DNA from: Pecten maximus
Taxonomy: Eukaryota
Reading direction: 5' to 3'
Assembly: GCF_902652985.1 (NCBI RefSeq)
Contig: NC_047019.1
Coordinates: 25,730,001-25,794,000 of the forward strand
DNA length: 64,000 bases
Shown: positions 26,136 through 40,800 of the stretch, in pieces
How positions within the stretch are numbered: position 1 is the first letter of the stretch
Layout of the letters: the number at the start of each line of letters is the position of its first letter
Notes under the pieces: generated by a model
Database searches by the model: none
Seen by the model: the letters and a program-made list of their open reading frames with translations, nothing else
Told to the model about the DNA's origin: nothing
Program-made: the position numbers and the translations under genes

Positions 26136-29100
26136 ATTGACTTCCAATATGTAAAGAAACGGCGTCAAATTTTAACGAAACAGCAGGGCGTCGCCGGAAG
26201 TGCTACTGATCCACTGGTACATTGGAAATATAAATCCGTGTCGTCTTGTCGGCATGTGACAGACCTCGAAATGGTTAAATCACCACCTATAGTTTTAACG
26301 TTCCAGAGTTCCGACGAACAAATGGTGCTGTATGCCTCTATAGCGGTCCATTGTTACACAGACATACAAACACATACATTTTGAACGGGTACACACACAC
26401 TGATCTAGGCACGTTTCAGTCCATTGGTTGTATGTCGTAGGCTGCTTTACGACTCCGTTGACGGCTTGTTGTATCGACTAAAGTGACTTTTTATTCAAAG
26501 ACTGACTGGGGCCGTTCCATACAGCTCAATTGTTTAAGACGATCAGACTATTGGTTCTTTACCGACGAAATAGTCCCGCACATTTATCCTTGTATATAAT
26601 ACAATAATCTGATTGTGTGAATAATTTAACGGTAATTATCCGTTACAATAATAGGATTGATATCGTATATATACACCAAGTCATTGTGATAGCTATCAAC
26701 ACAAGCCTTACCACCCTACCTGGCTGGACCGTAGTATAAAGCTACTGTTGGACTTATCACTTCATCACGTACTCAACCGGACTTCACATTTAAATACGGA
26801 CTATCATAAGGTTGTTTAATTAATCATACCAACTCTAGTGTTTTCTTAATTAACGTTTTAGTCTCACTAGCTATGGTGACAGATAGTTACACTAACGACG
26901 AAATAGCCTGCGTCTTATTTATAATTTGAGTGTTGTATATTTGTACCGCGGTTTAGGGGACTTTATGTAGTACAGTGTAAATTATACACCAAACAGGAAC
27001 GGAATATTATATACAACATCAAGTATAAACCTTCTCTCCTTCATGTATACTATTCTACGTGTGGTTTATAAAGTACAGGTAGAGCCATTTAATCTTGTCT
27101 TCAATAATTTATTCTACTAGTCTGAGGAGATGGGGATATCCCAACTGTCTCGCTGTTTCGTCCTTTTAGGGATACATAGTCCGTGATTGAAAATCTATTT
27201 CACTTCCAAATGACAGTCAGCTTCTTTGAACTATCGTGACTACTGAAACATGTATACAGAATATATCCGCCTGTAAAGGAAATATGAAGCTGTATACATG
27301 TCGGTGCTATGCTTTCCAAAAGTGTTTATTGTTGAGGAATGTTTGTCGTGTATCATAATAATGTTATAAGAATAGCACTGGTATTAAGCCGACTTATATT
27401 AATAACGATTGTGTTAGCATGTCCGTTAACAGGCTGCCATAGAGGTATTGCAGCGTCAAGGACTGAGAGACTTTCACACAAGTCTGCTTTTAGAAATAAA
27501 CTTTCATCAATATCGGGAAGGTCACATAGTCATTTAACTGCATAATAATATATTTTGATATTCCGTTCATTTTGTAAAATGAGATATTAACAATAAATCG
27601 CGTGGAAAAATGACATAACAATGATACCACACATTTAAATGAGACATTTTAGATGAGAATCATCAGTAAACAACCATTGTGTTTTACTGACTCGATATGG
27701 GATATAAGTTCTGTATCCCTATTAAATATCACAGTATCTATTGACGAGATATAAGGGGATAGTATATTAAATACGGCATATGAGAAGGCCTTATACTTGT
27801 CGTTACATTTCAATTCTGTTTTATGTATAAATACATTTAGAATAGTATAGTTAGATGGCACATGGCAATACTGTATGATACCTCATAAATACAGACAGGA
27901 ACTCGATATCAGGTTGATACAGTATCGATCGGGTTATATCCAGGGTACAATAAACGTATATGTATACCTAGCTATGGTAGGTAACTGTAACGGGAAGGCT
28001 CCCAGTCACGGAATCTTATGAATAATATATTTCATGGAGCGCAAGCAAAATTACATTTTTCGTCAAAGTACATATCGTTGTTCATTACATCGAATCATGG
28101 TGTGAAACATCTGTCATAATACTGGGGTTATTCATTATTTACCTGTCAGAATGTTGATTAACTAACAATGTTAAGGACACTACATTGTATTTTTTGTAAG
28201 ATATATCACTGCCGGTATGTACACTACCGGTATAAGTGTTGTGTGTACTCACCGAGGGGCTGGCACACAATTGTTGTTCTGCTCCAATTGTCACCAGTAC
28301 GTGCGCCTTGATTTATTGCAACGTAGCCTTCCTAATTCCAATAAGATATTTCATTGTTTGGTATTTCATTTATTATTCAACAATACACTGCGTATGTTAT
28401 CAATTCGTATATAAAGATAATTAACAATTCTTTTGTAAATCTTGTTTTAAACGCAGCCACAACTATCATATAATGTAAAATATTATCTTGGTTTTTTTTA
28501 ACAAACATGTTGGAATCTGTCTTATTTTCGTTCTTTATTTTAACTCTTTCAAAGGGTACATAATGGTATATTTATAGTGATGAAGTGTGCCGTGATGAAA
28601 AAATCATGACAAGACCTCGGCAATAGCAAACAGTTTTTAAATGAAATTCTTAACATTGTCACAAACCTTTAACGTATACAGTCGAATTCGTGAATAGATT
28701 GTTGAGTTATAGTCTGCTTCAATCAATATCCATACTGTAACAAAAATACGTTTGCCTGTTGTTTCTGTGTGCACAAATTCGATCAGCCGATCGGGTCGAG
28801 GTGACCAAGTCTTATTCACGTTTTGTTATTTGGTAATAGGGGAATACATAGCTCTCGTGAGGTAGCGTGACTATATGTTATATATAGAAGATTATAAATG
28901 CTGAGATCGTCTGGTATTTTACGAATCTTTATATCGTCCTATTGTAATGTAAAACGTCAGAGACAGAATGATGCAGGAGTGCATCACGTCTTCATTTTGT
29001 CAATATGAGATAAGTACATGTTATCAATATTACATGTAAAATGATGAATGTAGAAATCCGGGTTTTAGTTATCCTGGAGATGCACCGTCTATTTTATTGA

Positions 29101-30710
29101 TAGAATTCTTTATTTCACTGTAATAAGTCATGGTTGTCATTCTTCATCTTTGTACTTTGCCAACTCCTATCGCAAAGGACTCGGCGTTACGTCTCAACTT
29201 GGCATAGAAATATTATATGTAGTGGCTAATAGTATTTACGGCTCTTTTTGGGGTTCGTGCTGATTTTTATATATGTTTCAGTGCACAATTCAAATTGTTT
29301 ATTTTATGCAGTTCATTTAGAACTATATTATAGTTCCTTCGCGCAACAACTGTTATAAGAAAACACCGATTGGCTGAATGGGATGCATCCAGCCAATCAG
29401 CGAGCCGCTAGTACTTAGCTCGAAGAAAAAAAAATCAAATATGGTAGAATTCCTTATAACAGACACCGGGTTGTCATTTTAACCGAATTTTAATCCAGCC
29501 CCATCTTTCTTGCACAAACCTTTATTTCTTTACGTACCTTATAGATTATAAGTACATGTAATTCCGTGTGTACACCTGCGGTTATTTCTAGTGACCAAAA
29601 TACATTATCAGTGTCATTTATTAATAAACAGGAACTGTAGCAGTTGTGTTTCAAACTCAACACATGTGACTTTTCCTGATCTAAATAATAAGGCAATTTT
29701 CTATAAAATCAACTAAAGTTTGTCGACTCAAGAGAGATAACTCCGATAGAGATAGAGATACCTATTGTCTATATTTTTGTTATACTTATGTGGTTTCCAC
29801 ATTTTTTGCATGGCTATATATATCACCAGGATGATACATTATCATATGGTATTTATTATAACCACCGAGAATACTGGCATAATAACGAGATCGTTATTCT
29901 GACCCAAATTAGGCAAAATACAAAAATATAGATAATAGATCAATAAGATAATATATCATTACAGTTAATAAAAAAAACAATAACAGAGTAATACTATTTT
30001 CAATTAGTCCTTTTTAATTATCTAAAGCTATCAAAATAGCAATATATGAACAAAATGGCTCTCTTTGAATATTCTTATGGTGATTATATACATATAGAGA
30101 TCTATCAATGTGTAAGTGATATAATGTATTGGAAGTATGTACGGAATACATAAGTAAATAATTATACATAGGACTCCATTACGAAGTAAGATTTGCCTTC
30201 AATCAAAATATTTTACATAAACATTAATGCTAATTAAAAAAAAGTTTAATTAATGCTAAGCGACCGTTTTAAGTCTATACTTCATATAAAAACAGGTGAC
30301 GGACAAGCAAAATATTTACCACAAGTAATTGTTTTAATGTTATCCTTGTAGAGTACGTCAGCAAATACTATTCCTTTCGACTGGTACTGTTGTAGGCCTT
30401 ACAAGGGATGATAACGATATGATCGGCTATATTGTCTCAGTAACATTGCTGTCACATAATTCTGCTGGTGTAATTAATACTATCAATATGTAATTGTTAA
30501 TACTCCTCTGGCGTTAAGTATATAAAATATATATTTTTAAATATAAAATGAAAGTGCATTTGTAAGTAAAACAGTAAACTTCTGATATTATAAACATTAA
30601 CATATACAATGTAAAAACAACGCTCCGAGATCCTTATACATAGTGTTTATAATACCACTGGGTTCATGCATTTCTGTAACATATGTATTACCAACTGAAC
30701 TGGAACTCTT

Positions 30711-31680
30711 AACTAGAGCTGTCACCGAGGGGGTGACAAATATACTCCCCGCTTTCCCATGATTGGTTTGGATACTTTGTGAAGCTGCCTGTTTATGGTA
30801 TTATAACCAAATCAAACATGTTCTATGTTTAGGTAAGAACTAAGTGAATGCATAGCCGAACAAAATTTTGCTCGTTTTTAAAGAAAAGGGGCATAACTCT
30901 ATTAGAACTGGTAATTCGGCAAAATCTTTGAATAGGGCTAAGCCTCATAGGGTCCTCTAACTACATACCAAATTTTAGTAAAATCCATTGAAAACAAAGC
31001 AAATGCATAGCTGGACAAGCTAGTAACCATTTTTTACATAAAGAGGCATAACTCTGTAAAAAGGTTTTTTTTTTGGAAGAAGCCGTTACTGAAGACACAA
31101 TTTCATGCCATCCTTCAACTTTGTATAAAGTTTCAAGAAAATCCATCAAAAACTAAGTGAATGCATAGCCGGACTAAATTATGACACATTTTGTATGAAA
31201 AAGGACCATAACTCTGTTAAAAAGGGCTAAAGTAGCATAATTTGTTTAAAAGGACTACTTGTGGAAAATCACAGCACCGTATGGTCTTTTAACTGTACAC
31301 CAATTTTGTGAAAACTGAGGAAATGCATAACTGGACAAAATTATAACCATTTTTCAAATAAAAGGGCATAACTATGTAAAAAAAAAAACAACATTTTTTC
31401 GGAAAAAACATTTACTGGAGGCACAAGTGCATGCTGTCCTTCAACTGTGTAAAAAGTTAAAAGAAAATCCATTGAAAACCGCGGTGGCCGAGTGGTTAAG
31501 GTGTCCCGACACTTTAAATCGCGAAATCACTGCAGGGGACACAAGTTCATATGGTCTTCTAACTATATACCAAATTTGAATGAAATCCAAAAAGGAAAAG
31601 AAAAGCGAATGCATAGCCGGACAAATATTGTGACAGACGGACTGACGGACGTACGGGCAATGATATGCCGAACAATATGA
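30711..31680. mobile_element. Degenerate satellite-bearing non-autonomous element (Helentron/pearl-like)
   Basis: Starts AACTAGAGC with hairpin TGTCACC..GGTGACA, has repeated AAAGGGCATAACTCT / TGCATAGCCGGACAAA units, and ends in a GACA/GACG microsatellite. Same general architecture as 59708-61702. Confidence 0.65.
31479..31516 (+). mobile_element. 5' fragment of a tRNA-derived SINE (Pol III A-box)
   Basis: CCGCGGTGGCCGAGTGGTTAAGGTGTCCCGACA contains A-box TGGCCGAGTGG; there is no B-box or cloverleaf after it. Confidence 0.6.
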
Positions 31681-31852
31681 CTACAGAATTGCGATTAAAG
31701 TATCAGGTTTCCTTCTCTGTTTTTTTACGTTTCTTTCTCCCCAATCACTTAATAAACGATATAACTTGCGGCATGTCATTAACAAAACTACCACATTATT
31801 TTGAATATTCAATACTTTTACTCGGTTACCTAACATAGAGTTTACCGGTAGA

Positions 31853-34800
31853 TCAGACACCGGTATTCACTTCAGCATATACAACATTCCCCGAGTCTGC
31901 TTTCGGTTTTGGGCTTACGGGAGGTGGGCGTGACTTCACCCGTGACTGTGGGCGTGACGTTTCGTCCTGAGCACTCACTTCCGCGTACACTAAACCGTCC
32001 GCATTTCTATACCGAGACGGACGGTTGTCACCACTTTCATTACCGGTCTTTTCTTTTTTTGATTTGTTAACGACAGCATAAACATCTCCCTTCGGAGTTT
32101 CCTCTAGTTCCAATCTGTCAATTTCAGTGTCTTTTATTGTGGAATATTGATCTGACTTTCGCACCTGTGCGTACATATCGCCCGTTCCCGTGACTATGTG
32201 ACTGTCGTCCGGATCTCGGGGTCCGGCCGATTCATAGAGCGAGTTGTGAGTTATTGTGTCCCCGTCAGAGTTGACGTATTTCTTCATGGTTCCTGTGATA
32301 GCGTACGGTTGGATGTCACCGTCATAACCGTCATTCGTATTGCCGTTAGACGTGTTCCCACGGTCAACTGGCTGATGAATGTCTGGTTTTCTTCTCCTGT
32401 ACAAAAAAGTGATCTGTTAAAATCTTTTGTAAAATATGACACTTTCAAAGAAAAGCAATGTAACAACTTCAAAACTTCAAAACGCACATACAGTTAATTG
32501 TCAATAAAGCTAACAGTATAGTTGGACTGATAAGAAGATGTTCAAAATGCTTTTTAAAGCTCTAGTTAGACCACCACCTTGAGTATGCTGCAAGTGTTTA
32601 AAACCCATCAAAAGTAAAAGATATAGAACTCCTTGAAAATATGCAGAGAAGGGCAACAAAACTGATCCCTGGATTTAAAAATATCTCGTACCCGGAACAG
32701 CTACAACGGTTAAACCTCCCAACGCTACAACACCATAGGACCAGAGGAGATATGATTAACGTTTTTAAGATATTAAATAACATGTACGATAGTAGAATAA
32801 CAAAAATTTTTTTTTCCAAATGGACAATATGAGTAGAACCAGAGGTCACGATAAGAACATATCCAAAAGCGATGTCGTCTTGATGGAAGGACACATTTTT
32901 TTCAGTTACCGAGTTATTGATTTATGAAATAGCTTGCAACAAATTGTTGTCAATGCTGATTCTGTCATAAAATTTGAAATAATGTTAGATGGTCATTGGA
33001 AAATAACCGTTTTTATTCATGAATGTACAGGAACTAATATAAAACCATTAATTACACAGGAAATATTTTTATCATATGACTACCGTTATATACGGTGTCA
33101 TAAACCCATCACATAAATTTTCTTTATGACACTAGGTAATAACACCTTTCGCTACGCTGATTGGCTGGTTCCGTGAGAACTGTATTCATACGCGTGGGAA
33201 CGACCTACTTCTTTTTACTACGACTCGTAAAAATGGCGACTAGTGCTTGTAAACTTTGAAAAAAAATCAACTGAACGACAAATTGGTCTATTAACATAAC
33301 ATATTGTACAATCAAAGATAAAATCCAAGATGTAAACATCCTAAGTTTTTTAATTATATTTATACTATAAGATGTTAAATTAGGCCTGGCAAACATCTAT
33401 TTTATGACCCCTAGTAACATATTTCAACTCCGATAGAAAATTGCGGTTGCGTTGTCCGATGAGACATATCTAGTCTAGATTCTTTTCAAATAAACAAATA
33501 ATAACATTATTTAATAAAATCTTCATGAAAAACGGCAATGTAGTTTGTTACAACTTGCCTTCAACGGTTACTCAGAATAACATGCTGACACTGTCGTCGA
33601 CAAACACGTGTAATGTCAAAACAAACAACACTGCCAACAAATCGGCATCCAAAGTCGCTTTTCACGGCAGTCTGAACACAATGTTCAGTGGGAATATTCA
33701 CGGTGGAACATTTCACATCTCCAAAAACTCCCGCGAGGACGAGGATAAACACAAAGCAGTGAAAAGGCGCCGTACAATGGTTCTGTACGACAGCGACAGC
33801 GAATAGACATTTGTACAAGCCTCCATTATCGCGCCAAGTGACGTCACGGCTTCGTCACATCAAAAACAGTCGCTCATGAACTTTCAAACTAAAATATTTT
33901 CCTCATTGTTTCAAACACCAAGGACAATTTATCTATTATAGATTAAATGAAAAAATGCTGAAATTTTGTTTTGAGACGTTTATTTAATAAAATGAATCCT
34001 TTTCAAGAGTCAGTTGTGTTAGAACTATTTCTTCTCTCGTCGGTATAATTGACCTACTTCGAAGGTTCGGGTGATTTGGTTGAGATGTGACGATTCAAGG
34101 CAAAAGAAAAAATCAGTTTTTGATGGGGAACGATGAAAGAAAACTTCATATGATAAAAAGAAGCTGTCATTCGTTTCCCTTCATATTAGATTTATGATAC
34201 TCGTTTAGAATTTTTTATTTTTGCTCGCCAGAGGCTCGCAAAAATAAAAAATTCAAAACTCGTATCATAAATCTAATATGAAGGGAAACTCATGACAGAT
34301 CCTCTATATATTACACTATGTATTGATATGGATATGGATATGGATATAGAGGCTACAAGCCTGCGTCCATTATTTATGCTAATAAATGCTAATAAAAAAC
34401 ATGATATCACGAACTCAAAACATAGGAAAATATATTTAAACAAAATATAATACGTTGTTTTATATGCTAGCTATTAGAACATGAAATTTGGTTTGTACAC
34501 AAAACAACAAAATACATTCCATTTTGTAATTTACTTTCTGTTCATGTTTCTGCTGTATGGTAATATGCCTACCAGGCACCTGTCATTTTTGTTTACAAAT
34601 AACGGGCCTAGAGATAGGCATACAAAAAAAAATGGGTGAATTAACCAAGTAGACAGACGGATTTTTCCATTCATTTATTGCTTTAAACCTTACGGTTTAT
34701 CAGTACAAATATTTTCAGTAAATACATGACAAATATTTACATAAGATACACACAAATGGTACCTTACAAACACACAATGACCACACACACAGAGACTACA

Positions 34801-37800
34801 CATACACGACCGCTGCGCTAGTTTAGATAATGTTTCTATGACTTATATTAGACAGTATTCAGTCGTCTTTTTAAACCAATACTAATGAATTTTCCTAAAT
34901 TTGATATTGTCATTGCCTATTTCCAAAAGTTTTAATAAAACATTTTCTTATATCTAAATAATAGATACATTTGACGATAAAATGATATGCATCTTCAACA
35001 TCACCACTGTCACAATATGTACACATTCGATTATGTCTTTCAATGCTCCAATATCTCCCCGTTTCTATATTCAACTTATGCGATGATAATCTATTTTTTT
35101 TTATTTTCGTGATGAGAGACATATTAGTATTAGTACATATATAGTATTGACATTTGAATCATGAATTGCAAATCGTCCTGTGAGTTTTTGAGTGTCCTGA
35201 GTCTGATGCAAGATAGGTTAACTCAATTGTTTTGATAAGAAATGGGGCGTGGCTTAAACGTAGGTACATATTATTATTAGTATATATATAGTATTGACAT
35301 TTGAATCATGAATTGCAAATCGTCCTGTGAGTTTTTGAGAGTCCTGAGTCTGATGCAAGATAGGTTAACTCAATTGTTTTGATAAGAAATGGGGCGTGGC
35401 TTAAACGTAGGTACATATTATTATTAGTACATATATAGTATTGACATTTGAATCATGAATTGCAAATCGTCCTGTGAGTTTTTGAGAGTCCCGAGTCTGA
35501 TGCAAGATAGGTTAACTCAATTGTTTTGATAAGAAATGGGGCGTGGCTTAAACGTAGGTACATTACATAAACGCAGTTCAGTAGCTGATGGTTGATCTAT
35601 GCATGGCCGCCGGTTAAAATATCATTTCAGCATAAAATACTTATCAAAAACATCCAGAGTAAAATAATGAATGGACTTTGTTAACGACGGTTCCGTGTGT
35701 CACCATCAAGGGAATAGGTGAAAGTGAAATAAGGAGACAGCGTTTGACTAGTATTTGGACAGGTAGTCCGTGCTGCACACACGCACTTTGTATCTCTGGT
35801 GTGGGTTACCTGGCTCAACCATTGATACACGTGTTGGTAAAGTATTCGTCTCATGGAGCTTACGGTTTCTCAACAGTCTAGAAGAGCCTTGTTACAACAG
35901 GAAGGAACACGGAATTTGATGCTGAATTAGACTCTTCACAGGAGTTAGTTCACTCTGAAGCTATCTGCTCAGAAGGAATTGACTTTCTGGTTTGTAATCC
36001 TTGTGGTTATCAACCATATGGGGAGCATGCAGGAATGGAGTGAAAATGGAGCAACATGTTCCTATGATGATGTCGATCCCTTCCTTGTCACTAGCGGATC
36101 CGGGGGGGGGGGGGGGGGGGGGGGGCTATCCTGGGGGGTCCAGGAAATTTAAGTTATAGCCTTAATAAAAGGCCTATGCCAATATTGTTGTAACTCTCCT
36201 GTATGTCTCTGGTTCAGCAGAGACCTATACTATACATGTACCTATATGGCAGAGATCATCATCTAGTTCTATAATTGTAGGAAAGAAAACAATTTAAATA
36301 TTAGTTTAGTTGAAATCATAAACCTTACAGTATATGCCAGGATGCATCGCTTGTCTTGAGAAACGAATCTGATTATACCTGTAACATTATGCATATGTGT
36401 GTGATGAAATTCAATACTGATCAAAGGATCAACAGCATATTCATTAGCGGTGACTGACCAATCAGAGCACGTCTTGACTTGTTGTTTTAAGTGGGAGTGG
36501 CTTCGTCGTCAGGACACCCGTGAGGGGTTTAAGTTCTCTGTGCCCGCATCAATCAAACCCTGCGCAATTCAATTCGAAAAGAAATCTTCTTGTTTCCGGC
36601 GTCATGCAATTAATTGTACAGCAATGTGTTCTAATCAGTAGATTTATAATTTAAAGTTGGCCAGACATTGACTGCAATGCTACCTATCTGATTTCCCTAA
36701 AGGTTAGTGAATTATACTAAATGTAGGTTTAATAATATTTACACTTTAATGCCGAATGCTGTTTAACCTGTTCCCATGTCTATTCGACCTGTACCCTACA
36801 TCTGTTTGACCTGTTCCCTACATCTATTTAACGTTTAACCTGTACACTACATCAGTTTAACCAATGCCTTACATCTATGTAACCTGTACCTTACATCTGT
36901 TTAACCTGACACTCCATCTGTTTAACATCTGTTTAACCTGTACCTTACATCTGTTTAACCTGACACTCCATCTGTTTAACATCTGTTTAACCTGTACCTT
37001 ACATCTGTTTAACCTGACACTCCATCTGTTTAACATCTGTTTAACCTGACACTCCATCTGTTTAACATCTGTTTAACCTGTACCTTACATCTGTTTAACC
37101 TGACACTCCATCTGTTTAACATCTGTTTAACCTGTACCCTGCATCTTTTAAACCTGTATCCTACATTTGTTTAACATGTACCTTACATCTGTTTAACCCG
37201 TACTCTACATCTTTTTAACCTGTACACTGCATCTGTTCAACCTGTACCCTACACTGTACATCTTTTTAACGTTTAACCTCTACCCTATATCTGTTTAACC
37301 TGTACCTTACATCTGTTTAACCTGTACCCTACATCTGTTTAACCTGTACCCTATATCTGTTTAACCGGTACCTTACATCTGTTTAACCTGTACCGTACAT
37401 CTGTTTAACCTGAACCCTACATCTGCTAAACGTTTACCTTGTACCCTACGCCTGTTTAACCTGTACTCTTTATCTATTTAACGTTTAACCCGTACTCTAC
37501 ATCTGTTTAACCCGTACCGTACGTCTGCTTAACGTGTAACATATATCTGTTGGACCTGTTCCCTACATCTCTTTAACGTTAACATGTACCTTACATCTGT
37601 TTAACCTGTACCCTACGTCTGTTTAACCTGTACCCTGCATCTGTTCAACCTGTTCCCTACATCTGTTTAACGTGCAACCTGTATTCTTTATCTGTTTAAC
37701 GTTTAATTTGTACTGTACGTCTGTTTTACCATTACCATAGAAGTCATAAGAATTTAAATCGCGATACTATGTCTAATATGATATATATGTTGCGACATTG

Positions 37801-40800
37801 ATGCAAAAGAGAAATAACAAATAAATTGTAAATAGTATAACACAATGAGTTTTCATTTCTTATTCGAATTCATAGAGCGTGTCTTGGAGGTTTCATACAA
37901 TCTCATATGAAATGAAAACGGATTTCGGATACTTTCTATCTTATCACTCAGAAAACGTATTTTTGACAGCTTTTAAAAGTCAATGTGGAGATGACATGCC
38001 ATTGGCTACATTCCGACGTCACAATCGATTTCTGACGCAAAGATGTTGATGTACGAATTACCAACCTGCTGATGACGACACCAACGATGATAGCTATGAC
38101 GACCAGTAGGCCTCCACCGCCGGCTGTTCCGGCGATAATCCCAACTAAAAACAAAAACCAACAAACTGTGCCCATTGTTGCCAAATTATGGTATATTCTT
38201 TTATTATTATCATATTTCACTTTTTGAATGAATAACGTCAATAAGCAAGTAATGGCTCATATTGGTGACTCGGACAGTTTTACTGGGATTGGTGAGCTCA
38301 CTATAAAGTAACACAAAACAACTCCAAAATAATCACTAGGATTTTCTAGGTAGCTGTAACATAGTATATTTTCATTCTCTATATACATATTTACATATGT
38401 TGATATACCTTACTTTTCATGTTCGCACTCTCGATTAGAATTTTTGAATTTAGTTTGTGTTATATATATATATCGATCTCGAGGTTTGCGAGTTTGGGAG
38501 CTTAAAACAACGTTATATCTCCCTAATCAATTTTCGGGGTCACATTTACGATGAATTCTAGTTACGAAATTCCACTCCTCTCTAAATGACTTGTACGAAG
38601 TCAAACGTCCCAAGTACGCATGGTGCTATATAGTCACCATACTAAGTAAAGTATATTTATAACTATAGAATCAGTCAACCATAAATCTACTGCAGAAATT
38701 AAAATCTTAAGTATTTGGAACTATTAATAAAACTCTATGCATGATCATATTGTATGATTCGAGTAGACTTCATCAAGAGGCAAGTATAAGACTGTAAAAG
38801 TATAAGGTAGTTAAAGAAATTCAGGGTAGAAATACAATTTGGTTAGCAATGATTTCGACCGATGGTACCGTAGGACACAGTACAACTTGTAATCAATACT
38901 TACTGTCTGCGTCTAAATTTTTAGCGTTTTTTCCTGTTTCTCCCATCGTTGAAGACACTGCAACAACATCACCAGTAGTCAAATCTGTTGATAAGGTTGT
39001 CATCAGTTTGGTAGACGTAAATGGTGGTTTTTCTGTTGTCGTCATCTTTGTTGTTGTTGTTGTTGTTGGTGGTGGTGGTGTTGGTGGTGATGTTGGTGGT
39101 GTGGAAGTACTTTTTGTTGACGCACTGGTGGAAACTGTCGAGGGTTTGTCAGACGTAACACTATTTTTATTACAGTTAACCGTGATTTCCAGAGAACTGC
39201 TGATGTCTTTGGAAGAGAAAATTACAAAAAGATAGCAAGCTAGTATAACCAATACATTTGTAATTTTGCGACTTAAAGAATTGCATTTAATAACCGAATT
39301 ATCTAAATATGAAATTAAAACAAGAGGCAAAGGGCCACGTAGTTCTCTGGGCTTGGTATTAGTATTTAATTTATTGTTGTCAATTTTCTTGCATTTGATA
39401 ATTATATTTTGTTTAACCAACTGATCATGATTGTCCTTTCAGTTCTTTGTATATCATCTCATTTTCGTCCTGTACAGAATCGGAATTAATTAGTTTTAAG
39501 GCCATATTGTTTTATCTGAAAACAAACCAAACAAGCTCAGCTCCAGTATACTGGCTGGTATGTGTCTGTCAACGCTGGGGCAGAGTAAGGGGAGAGTTTA
39601 GGTCACTAGCTCTATTGTGATTAATACTGAGCGTAATCTGGCATTTAATAGGTTTTTAGGTGGCATGAGAGAGGGAGACAATGATGTTTTGGTCAGCTGG
39701 TGTTTTCTATGTACATTTTATGGAGTCTCTGATTTGGTGAACATAGTACAAGTTTTGATGTTCTGATTAGGAGTTGTTGATGTACGCACTCTGGTGAATG
39801 TGAATATGTACTAAATGTCTGTAAATAAACTGTAAATAGTTTATTAACATTTGTTTGTGGTTTGAACCCCGTCACAATATTTTGAACAAACCTTGATATT
39901 TCATATATTGCCATTTATCAACCATGAACATCTGGTTTCGACAGATTATACTTTACATTCTTGCATGATATCTGTTGATTTGCACATTTAACTGATATTT
40001 CCCATGACAATACTAGGAACTAAATAATGATTAAAAGTATATATATCTCCTGTTATATTTCACTCACAACTTGTAGTAAACACATATTACAACACAAATA
40101 TTGTATACAAATTATACTATGTTATGCCCCAAAACATTTTTATTTTTCATGTATCTTTCAAGTTATGCTTTCTTTCTAAGTTTGATGCATTTATTCTGAT
40201 GCAGATTATATGGAGTATTCGTAGTATGGAACTAGACAATGTAATGTGTGATACTGATTATATGTGAACCACATACAATAAATTTGCTATTTAAAACTTT
40301 ATGTCACATACATTATATAATTGCTATATATAACTTTAGGTATTTTATTTTCATTAATTCTTCAATTAAATCTTATCATTTGATGATATAAAGCAATGCA
40401 TTTGTATGTAACAAGACAGGGGTATTTGTCCACACTACACTGTAGACCACAGACACACGTGTGTGTTTCCCCTTCAGTGTAAACTATACCTTAGGGAGCA
40501 GTGGTTGAAGCCCTGCCTGGACAAAATTAATTGATACTGTCAATAGTCCAGATAACACCAACATACACAAATTGCACTGAATCTCGGCCTAACGATGCCG
40601 CCTAGTGGGATGTATAGCTCGTATTACACCGTTGTTACTAAAAAATAGACATTAAAACTTAATTTTTCTTAAAATTAAAATTTCTTAAATTAAAAAAATT
40701 CCAGTTGATATCGAATATTGTGATTGTTATCAACACAGCAACTTCACAATACCTATAATCTGGTATCACAACATACAGCCATGAATGCACAGTTAGGCTA

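Noticed and set aside
31479-31516. tRNA gene (also the A-box-like stretch at about 50131-50160)
   Set aside because: Only a 5' A-box; no anticodon arm, T-arm or acceptor stem.
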